A stretch of DNA of 64,000 nucleotides from positions 6,048,932-6,112,931 of the forward strand of contig CM119263.1 of NCBI GenBank assembly GCA_051294375.1, in the 5' to 3' direction. The notes below the pieces were generated by a model. The model did not search any database. It was not told the DNA's origin and saw nothing but the letters and a program-made list of their open reading frames with translations. The position numbers were made by a program, and so were the translations under genes. Origin of the DNA: Paraspadella gotoi. Lineage: Eukaryota > Animalia > Chaetognatha. Positions 15,551 through 24,470 of the stretch are shown piece by piece (position 1 is the stretch's first letter; each line of letters starts with the position of its first letter).

Positions 15551-15774
15551 AACTATAAATAAAATTCGTTGCAAACAAAACTTTGTCAATTCTCTATATA
15601 TATTCTAAAATTTTATTGTAAAATTATTTTTAAAAAGGATAAAGATTGGCGCTCCAAACAACAAAACGTTAAAATATCATATTCAGACGAGGTAAACATT
15701 ATAGGGTTGGTTTCACTTGTCTAGATATTATTTCCGAACTAATGATACGTTTTAGCTTCGGCTCTGTTCAAAGT

Positions 15775-17172
15775 TTAGTATTCAATCGTTATCAGTAGCG
15801 CTGGTAAGAAAATGAATATCAAAAAAGAAAAGTTGGGCGTTTGTAAGACAGCGATATCGAGATTGGCGTCAAATTTTTTAAAGAGATTTCGAGGTTTACC
15901 AATCATAAAAAAAAAGTCTTTCTGGTGTTCAGGATTGTTTCTTATGTATTTGCAAACGCTAAGGCTACCAATCAAAGAATTTGCCAGGTGGTAGATAGGC
16001 TGAGATATTTTTAAATATTCCTCCTTGGAATTTTTTCCCTGTAATGTTTTAAACAAATGTTTGCCAAAAATATTTTCATTATAGTAAATCATCTTCTTTG
16101 AAAGTAGCTGTGAATATGATAATATGTAAAGCAAGTTACCTAAAACCACAATGAATATTTTCCCCAAAAAACTATGTTTCATGCATCTAATTTCTTTTAA
16201 AATATTAAACCAAAAACCGAGAAAAGGAATTAATATCAAACTGTAAATAAGAAGGCAATTTTCCCGTATGAAAATATATGTTAAAATTATAGATATAATT
16301 TTTGAGTATTTCGGTTTCTTGGATTCTGGTATGGAGAAGTTGCAAAATTTTAAAAAGTGCAACTCTCCTTCATTTAAAAGGTTTTCTGTCAATTCTTTGA
16401 AAAAGATAACATAAAAAATTCCTAAAAGATTTGTTATTGTCATAAATAAGATAATAAAAAAAAATTTTACAACTTTAAATCTTTTAATGAAGTAACAGTT
16501 AAATAAACCTAAGCTAAATACTAAAGAATGAATAAGACACCAGTTTACTAATAAACTTTGGAACCAACTCGCCCAAAATTGCGTATTTAAGAGCTTGTTT
16601 TCAATTACTTTGGGTACAATATGAGATACATTAAAGTCTCGCTTTCCTCTGAATATAAAAAAATTATCCTTGCTAAAAGTTTTTTTCTCTAAATAGACAT
16701 TCAAAAGATTAAGATTCTTTATTGAATAATACAGGTTACAATAAATAATAATTGCTACTACAAATAATGTGCTTAAAGCTATAAGTGATTTAAAAAAAAT
16801 ATTTTTCAAATAAAAAAGATTAACCCAATAACCAAGAGACAGTAAAATTTCACAAAGAAGTAAACTTAGCTGCATTCTAAATCCCAGACTTAACCTATAG
16901 TTACCTAGCTTCATATTGCTTACTCTGACGTTTGAACAGTTTTTTTGGTATGGTATATTGTATTGAAAAAATGAAACCCTTTTCCATTTTTCATTTATCA
17001 TGCCTTTTACTTTGAAACACGAGGATTCTTCAAACGATGGTATATTATTTATAATATGAATGGGCTTTAAAAAAAGTAACAACCGGGCGGATATATCATT
17101 TTGTAAATATTTCAGTCCCCATTTGTTGTAGCCATCTTTTGTAAAGATAAAGTTCAAGTGTTGTTCTACCAT
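15775..17172 (-). CDS. intronless 465-aa multi-pass membrane protein of unknown family
   Basis: 1.4-kb open frame in very AT-rich DNA with roughly 7-8 hydrophobic segments; no motif recognised. Confidence 0.6.
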   Translation of the reverse strand: MVEQHLNFIFTKDGYNKWGLKYLQNDISARLLLFLKPIHIINNIPSFEESSCFKVKGMINEKWKRVSFFQYNIPYQKNCSNVRVSNMKLGNYRLSLGFRMQLSLLLCEILLSLGYWVNLFYLKNIFFKSLIALSTLFVVAIIIYCNLYYSIKNLNLLNVYLEKKTFSKDNFFIFRGKRDFNVSHIVPKVIENKLLNTQFWASWFQSLLVNWCLIHSLVFSLGLFNCYFIKRFKVVKFFFIILFMTITNLLGIFYVIFFKELTENLLNEGELHFLKFCNFSIPESKKPKYSKIISIILTYIFIRENCLLIYSLILIPFLGFWFNILKEIRCMKHSFLGKIFIVVLGNLLYILSYSQLLSKKMIYYNENIFGKHLFKTLQGKNSKEEYLKISQPIYHLANSLIGSLSVCKYIRNNPEHQKDFFFMIGKPRNLFKKFDANLDIAVLQTPNFSFLIFIFLPALLITIEY

Positions 17173-18601
17173 TTTAGAAAAAGAGTACAGAATCAGAGGT
17201 TAAACTGTGCGAGATAATCATTTCTTTAATAGTTTTTTAGAATTTTGCTCGCACGTAAGATTCATAGAAAATCACTTAAATAAATTAAGAAAAAATATTC
17301 TCTTTAATTCGCACAAAGAAAATATTCTAAATAGTATTGTGGGAAATAAAAAGAAACAGACGTAGGAAAATTTATTGTCATATCAAAAACAAGAAATAAA
17401 AGTAGGGAAATTCCTAAGACTCCCTGAAGTACTCCAAGAACTTGGTCATTTTATTTGCAAAACTGAAGAAATACAATCTGTATTGGAAACGGAGGCTTCT
17501 CGAATATCTATCTGCGCATTTTGCCAAACTGAATGTCGATAAAACTATAGAAAACAATAGAAAATATTCCCGAATTCTCCAGCTGCAGATTTCAATGCGT
17601 TTTATAATGCGTTCCAAGATTTTGCAGGAACAGGTGATTTGAGTTTTTAAAGAGCTCCATTCCGGCCTAGCTCGTACACCCTACCTGGAATCCATAAATA
17701 GTTGTTAATCGAAACATCATTTAATCGGTAATCGTATACTGCCTGAAAAATTATGAAACAAATTATTCCCCAAGCATATCTCATTGGTTTCACCAGTCCA
17801 ACCCAAGACAGTGACCATTGTCTGTATCACCATCTGCGGAAAAGACTCAAAGTAAAACGTGGATGAGATTCATCTTCTTTATAAACGTAGTTTTCATTTC
17901 AATCACCCGTTGATGAACCTTTAAAAAAAATAAATATATCTATTGTATTGTGATATTTAGGCAAAAAATATCCGGCATGCGTAAAAGTATTTATTTATTT
18001 TTTTCTATGTAAAATTTCCTTCCGATGTCTGTTTCCCAAGGTCAAACCGTTAAAAAATTATAATGAATATAAGATGGCTATATCTAGTGAAAAATGGAGA
18101 ATGTCGCAAATATTTGCCTGGAACCAGGTACGAGGGTCATTAGGAGACTATTTAAAATCATCATATTATCATATTATTGGTATACAATACGGAAAATTAT
18201 TTTTTTCTCATTTAAATTATTTTTTACGGAATTTTATGGAACTAAAAATGTTAGATTAAAGATATTATTAAAATTGTACAATTTTTTTAGTATAAATTTT
18301 TAAAAAATGGCAAATTTATAAAATGAAGATGATTATTTTTTATTTTGTTAACTTTTTACGCTTATAAAAGTAGCCATAGCCGATGAAATTTAAATGCTAA
18401 TGTATACAGCGTTAAAATAATCTATCATGCCCATAGATTATGGTATTAAAATATTTTTTGTCAAAAATGCTTTCTTCTGAGGGTACTCGCCTAATTAAAA
18501 ATATTATATTACTATATAGAGCAAAAAATATTTTTTTAAAATCTTAAAATTTGTTGATGGATTCTGATAGAGCATAAAAAGTTAAACAAGAAATATAATT
18601 A

Positions 18602-18787
18602 CGGAGGCAAGTCATTCGCCTCCCAACCCAAAGGTCCGGGGTTCTAGCCCGGTGGCCGCCTAGCAGTTAAGAGGGACAGGGCGCTTAACCCGCCTGTAAC
18701 ATGGTATTACAGCCTGATCCGAAGCTCAGGGACTGCTTATATTGAACGGTTCTGTCATTAACACTTATCAATAATTACTGTCTCTTC
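18602..18787 (+). mobile_element. tRNA-head/twister element, subfamily 1 (5'-truncated, first of a tandem pair)
   Basis: Matches 19021-19207; twister at 18663-18736, with the T1 strand reading ACAGG instead of ACGGG. Confidence 0.8.
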
Positions 18788-19006
18788 ATTGGTGAGCCCG
18801 ACTTCCGAACACAACAGCAACAACAACACTTTCAGGCGACTTGCCTCAACCTAGAGATGCACTTTCCGCCAACAACACATCAGGCGATATGCCTCAACTT
18901 GGTGACGCACTTTCCACCAACAACAATTCACTGAAGAGATGCAACAGACTTCTCCCTACGGGAGGGGGGGATGTATGGTGGACTAAAATCCACCAACCGT
19001 TCATCA

Positions 19007-19079
19007 GCGGCCATTGGTGCCGGAGGCAAGTCATTCGCCTCCCAACCCAAAGGTCCGGGGTTCTAGCCCGGTGGCCGCC
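19007..19079 (+). ncRNA. tRNA-derived head (pseudo-tRNA, Pol III A/B boxes)
   Basis: 73 nt; acceptor stem GCGGCCA/TGGCCGC, A-box-like TGGTGCCGGAGG, T arm CCGGG-GTTCTAG-CCCGG; D and anticodon arms are poor. Confidence 0.75.
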
Positions 19080-19081
19080 TA

Positions 19082-19155
19082 GCAGTTAAGAGGGACGGGG
19101 CGCTTAACCCGCCTGTAACATGGTATTACAGCCTGATCCGAAGCTCAGGGACTGC
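19082..19155 (+). ncRNA. twister ribozyme, P5-type permutation (subfamily 1)
   Basis: GCAGUU-AAGAGG-GA-CGG-GGCGCU-U^AA-CCC-GC-CUGUAACA/UAUUACAG-CCUGA-UCCGAAGC-UCAGG-GACUGC; T1 CCG/CGG, T2 GC/GC; predicted cut 19105/19106. Confidence 0.8.
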
Positions 19156-19462
19156 TTATATTGAACGGTTCTGTCATTAACACTTATCAATAATTACTGT
19201 CTCTTCACCTTTTAATCAATAAATAAGCCATCTTCCCCCTGACTTCTTACTTGAAAAGTAGGATTAAGGCCTTTATCCTTTTTACAAAATGATTATATAT
19301 AACATATATAATCATTATATATATCATCATAATATATTGGTTGTACCAATTTCATATAAAGACATTGAAGTGACCGAGAGGAGAGAGGGTCGCTATGCCT
19401 CTCTGTGAGTGAGAATAGCCCCCACACCCAGTGAGTCGGGGAGATTTTTTTTGTCAGTTGCA

Positions 19463-19617
19463 TTGCTTTCCAGAACTACGGATCCGGCGGTAAGTTTTCT
19501 ACTGGTGGTTTAATCGGCCCGTCACTATTTTTGCAAGGTCTGTTCCGATCAGGGCTTGAAGCCATGACCATTGGTTGCAAAGATGAAGCGTTCGCCCAGT
19601 GCGCTATTACATCGCCG
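19463..19617 (-). mobile_element. tRNA-head/twister element, subfamily 4 (degenerate)
   Basis: Minus strand: A box TAGCGCACTGG (19596-19606), B-box-like GGCTTCAAGCCC (19552-19563), then UUGC-AAAAAUAGU-GA-CGG-GCCGAU-UAA-ACCAC..CCGGA-UCCGUAGU-UCUGG-AAAGCAA (19463-19536). Confidence 0.7.
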
Positions 19618-20214
19618 TTGCATGAGCCAGTCATATCCAACGGGTAGAAATATTACATCACTACAACATATTCAAACGTCAATACAACGAATTAACTTAA
19701 TACTTGCTAGTACAAATCAATTTAGTTGCAACAAGATAAAATAATTTAATTGCAGTTAAGAGATCCGTCACTGCTATGAGAAAATATTTTAAAAATTAAA
19801 CACCATAACTAGACTTTTCAAGCTTTTTTATTTTTGTGTCTAACTAATCTGCTTCATGTATCCCTGCCTATACTATATGTAATTATATATACTATGCATT
19901 TCATTCCTTACTATCAATCTATCATTCCTGAGTTTTAAATAACTTTTACCTTATCTATTTTCCTTTATTCAGTTTTAAATCTTATCTTAAATCTTGTCTG
20001 GAAGCTCATCCCATGTTAAATCTTAAATATTATCTTATCTTTTAAATCTTACCGTATCCTGCTTTTGTTCTTCAAGGTGAAGGTCAAAAGCGAAGGGGAC
20101 GTAGCCGAGACCAACGAGGAGGAAAAACGCAACGACCGCTCGACGCCGACAATCGGAAAAGAGCAGTTGAAAATCAGCCTGTCGGCGAATATAATATAGC
20201 TTAAGGGAGTGGTC

Positions 20215-20461
20215 TTTTCATACAATTGAAACATTCTTTGAAATATTTTCCACTTCATTGATAGGGAAGCCAGGTACTCTGGGAGTGAATAAACGAGACT
20301 GTGAAAGAGTCTTGATTGAAAGCTTGCAGGGACCTGCTATGTCATTATCTTGTAAGAGTGATGGAGGCCTTAAACCACCAAAGCCTGTCCAAAGTCAGGG
20401 GCAAGATAGCTTATTTATTAAATGAATGGATAATTTTTATATTGGTTGTACCAATTTCATA
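20215..20461 (+). repeat. ~245-bp dispersed repeat (copy at 45074-45310; fragments near 19210, 23270, 26395)
   Basis: TTCATACAATTGAAACATTCTT...AAAGTCAGGGGCAAGA.AGCTTATTTATTAAAT...TTGTACCAATTTCATA is shared. Confidence 0.8.
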
Positions 20462-21328
20462 GAGTATAAAAAAATTCAAAGTATAATAATTTCGCCATAT
20501 ATATATTTATATATGATAATAATGATTTACCGACAAGATTTTGGGGTGGGACCGACGGACCGACAAAGCGAATTATAAAGTTGAAATCTGCAGATAAGCA
20601 GATCCGATTAAAAAGTTTATAATCGTTTGATTTCAAAAATTTACACATCATATAAAACTGTAAGGAGTTCTGGATCCAACTTTTATAGTAAATACAGTTT
20701 TTATAACTGTACGAATTTATTGTATTCATTTTTAAAGTGACAGTACGTTTGAGACACTCTATACTTTTTGCATAGAATCTAGATGGTATCTTTCAGATTT
20801 GGGTGTTTACGTATTTATCACCACAGCACAACGCCTTGAACTTGCATTGAATTTTTTAGTTTAATCTCACCCGTTGAGAGCGTAGAAAGGCGAAGCCGTG
20901 AAGGGAGGAGACCAAAGAGTGNNNNNNNNNNNNNNNNNNNNNNNNNAAAGATAATTACAAATAAGAGCTCCAACCAACAAGGCGAAAGTAGAAAGCCTCT
21001 GACAACAGGTGCGTCACGGTTATCTGTCAAGAGATGATAAGCAGGCTTGGGTCCTTTGCTTCGAAAGGTTTTTCATGCTTGTTAAATTAATCATACGTAG
21101 AGCGAGGATTACCGACAGGGAAAATAGACTAGAGATATAGAGAAATTAAGAAAAAAGAATTTTTTTAGCTCTCTAACAACACTAATAATACTAATTACAT
21201 TTTATCCTTTTACTATTCAATAAATATTACATTACATATACTACACGTATACTATGTATAATACGCAGTATAATTGTCATTATGGACTAAAATCAACCGA
21301 CTGTTCATTCGCGGCCAGTCAAGGACAC

Positions 21329-21594
21329 AACAGACTTCTCCCTACGGGAGGGGGGATGTATGGTGGACTAAAATCCACCAACAGTTTCATCAGCGGCCAT
21401 TGGTGCCGGAGGCAAGTCATTCGCCTCCCAACCCAAAGGTCCGGGGTTCTAGCCCGGTGGCCGCCTAGCAGTTAAGAGGGACGGGCGGGCGCTTAACCCG
21501 CCTGTAACATGGTGTTACAGCCTGATCCGAAGCTCAGGGACTGATTATATTGAACGGTTCTGTTATTAACACTTATCAATAATTACTGTCTTTT
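21329..21594 (+). mobile_element. tRNA-head/twister element, subfamily 1
   Basis: Conserved upstream CAGACTTCTCCCTACGGGAG..GGTGGACTAAAATCCACC, tRNA-like head 21393-21465, twister 21468-21544 with perfect P3 CTGTAACA/TGTTACAG. Confidence 0.8.
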
Positions 21595-22400
21595 CAAAGG
21601 GTTAATTTTTCTTTCACCGATTGGAGTGAGCAGGTTTAGGGTTAAGGGGGGTTTAGGGGTGGTTTAGGGATAGGGTGATTAGGGTTAAAAGGGTTTAAAG
21701 TTTAAGGTAATTAGTAATAAATTTTTTAAAATTCTTTTTAAAAATAAATATTTTAAGTGATTTTTTTAAAAGACGCCAAAACCGGTCGGCGAAAGTAAAA
21801 TTTAGTCAAGCCAAAATTAATTTTGCTTCATTATCAACCCAAGATAATCAAAAACCTGCTCATCACTTATTTTGAACCTAGTAAAGAGCTAGTTAGTAAA
21901 CTTCCAACATCGAAATTACTTTAACTAATATCGGGCCTACTTTTCAGTAAATAATATACAGAAAATGCGTTGATAAAGAGAAACACTTAAATCCATTTTT
22001 GATGGGTACACGTTCCTATTTTCCCAACTTACTTTTGCCAAATTCTTGGCAGGATCTTACCTTTAGGTCGGAGCCTACGTCGAGAACGTTGAGCCAATGT
22101 TATCGGTCATGCAGAATTTAGATTAAATCTCCATTTGCACAGCAGAATGAATATACAGGTTTTATAGAGAATAAATAAATATCTTGTCATAATTCAAATA
22201 AATTGTATCTGTATTATTTAAAATTTTTAGATTAGTTTCTTTTTTTTATTAAGTTTATTTCTTGTTTTGATCTCGTTAATTTTACCTATTTTTCCTCAAA
22301 AGACTGGGTATCTTTTTAAAAAAGCCACTTTTAAACATAAATAATTCAAGTAATAAAGTTTAATCTGTTTGACAATAAAAACTTGTTGCATATGCATTAA

Positions 22401-23004
22401 GGCGTAGTGAACGTTACATACGAAAATTCTAAAAGTCAATTATGAATAACATACTATCAGTGAACATTAATTTGTAAAAAAAATTAATTTTTTGTTTTTT
22501 AATTTTCGCAGTAGGCTAATTTATATATAGTACTATCCTTATAAAATCGAAAAATTTCAAAATAGGCTTTTCTTAATTTTGATTGCAGATTTGAATTCCT
22601 CGTTAAAAGTTGATAGAAGAAAATATAAATCATTTTTAAAAATTCCTTCATTAAGTTGGTTAAAAATTAAAAAAACTATATTTAATATATAAAAAGTTAA
22701 TTTGCAGCTTAAAATATAGCTTTTTCTAATTTTTGACCCACTTAATGAAGGAATTTTTCAAAAAGAGTTATATTTCTTTTTATCAACTTTTTATGACGAA
22801 TCCAAATCTGCAAAAAAATTTTGGAAAAAACTGTTTTGAAATTTTAACATTTATTGGTTTAGTACTAGTATAAATCTGGCCTACTGCAATTGTAAAATTT
22901 ATTATAATTTTTTTTATTACATAAATGTTCATTAGTATAATATGTTGTTCGTTCCTCACTTTTAGAATTTTAATTAAAGTTAAATTTAAAAATTTTACTA
23001 CGCC
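22401..23004. mobile_element. palindromic MITE with TTAA flanks (Kolobok-like)
   Basis: TTAA|GGCGTAGT ... ACTACGCC|TTAA; the internal halves are imperfect reverse complements. Confidence 0.7.
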
Positions 23005-24237
23005 TTAATATGCATAAGCAAGTTTGTTTTTTTGTTTTTTTTTGTTGGTTTTTTTTTTAATTATAAGTTGTCAATAAATAGATTTTATAGAAAGCTTAGG
23101 TCGTCCTTTTATATAGGCGTTTTATTTCGAATTCAACAAGTTGATTCAGTACATACAGGAGCATCAAAACAAAGCTAAGTCTAAAGACAAAACAAAGTTA
23201 AAGATTGCCCGAAAAGATACAGTGGCTGATATGAACCAAGGTTCTCGGGTCGAGAAGAAAGAAGAATAAAAGTCAGGGGCAAGATACCTTATTTATTAAA
23301 TGGATGGATAATTTTTATATTGATTGTACCAATTCAATAATTGAAAGAAATAAATAGGAGGTTGATTTAAGATTAAAAAATAAGCTCGTGATAACAATAT
23401 CATGTTTGCGGAATGAAAAGTTCTACAATTGTAGATTAAGATTTACGAGAAGCGAAAATTATGATCGGGAAGAGGATGACTCTAATCGTCGCGACGGATC
23501 TGTGGATCAATCTGTCCATCCCTCAAAAACGGAAATACCAAGTGTTGTTGTTGTTGTTGTTTTTTTGTTGTTGTTTTGTTGTTGTTGTATGTTGTTGTTT
23601 TTGTTGTTGTTGTGGTTTTGTTTTTGTTGTGGTTTTTTGTTGTTGTTGTGTTTTTTGTTGTTTGTGGTTGTTGTTGTTGTTTTTGTTGTTGTTTTTTTTA
23701 TTTTTGTTGTTTTTGTTGTTGTTGTTGTGACCATTGTCGTAGGCGTTGTCTCATTTGACGATAATTAGTTTCCGTTATCAAATTTGACGCCTAATTGACA
23801 CTCGTCGCCACCTGAGATTTTAAACGTTTCCGCTGAATTTATGGCGGATTAATCGCGTTTATTATGTCGCATTTGCCTGCAGTTGCGTGAGCGTAATTGG
23901 GGAAGAGAGTAAGAAGATTTTAACAATGCGTGATGAGGTCAACGAGATAAGAGGGAATTCTGAGCCCGTCAATATCACGGATTCCTCTGTCGCTTTCATC
24001 GTCAATATATGTATATTCACTATATTGTAGTAACTTATACTAAAAAGTTTAGTTCATTGGAAGAAGAAAAGAATTATGACATGAAGTCGTGAACGATGGA
24101 TTATATAAGCTAGAGCCGATATATGAAATTTGTTCAATATTATATTGATAAAATTGACTTTTTCTTATGCGTTTTGTTTATTCCTTCTTTGGTAAATAGT
24201 GTCTTGTTAGCGAATCCTAAATTTGCCTCCCGTATAG

Positions 24238-24470
24238 CTTGGTAAAATTCAGATCGTCCCTTTGGCTTGGACAGCTAAATACTCGTTCACCAATCGTGTC
24301 ATTCGGGTTCAATCCCCTCACGGACTCGCTGGTTAAAGTGTGATGGCGTCGGCATAAATACGCCAGTGACATGGCATGGTCACTGCAGGTCCAAATCCCT
24401 GACCGCCATCTTTCGGAATGTGTATAACACCCCGGCCATCACACATGTCCCCCGTTGCCAATAGTCTAGT
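24238..24470 (+). mobile_element. tRNA-head/twister element, subfamily 3
   Basis: A-box-like TGGCTTGGACAG, B box GGTTCAATCCC (24306-24316); twister 24331-24404 GGUU-AAAGUGU-GA-UGG-CGUCGGCA-UAA-AUAC-GC-CAGUGAC/GUCACUG-CAGG-UCCAAAUC-CCUG-ACC; tail CCCGTTGCCA shared with subfamily 2. Confidence 0.75.

Larger units (their letters stand above)
14782..15596. mobile_element. Penelope-like element remnant bounded by ~115-bp inverted repeats that carry hammerheads
   Basis: 14782-14897 is the reverse complement of 15481-15596; both arms contain CTGATGAAGGC..GTCGAAACATGT. Confidence 0.7.

Noticed and set aside
19007-19079. Functional tRNA-Gly(CCC) gene
   Set aside because: D and anticodon stems pair poorly, the T loop is shifted, and it is embedded in a repeat; treated as a tRNA-derived head.
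23388-23768. Cys/Val-rich or Thr/Asn-rich ORFs (also 26585-26901)
   Set aside because: Translations of a (GTT)n microsatellite.
23929-23960. Hammerhead at GTGATGAGGTC
   Set aside because: Lacks C3, a stem II and the GAAA strand.
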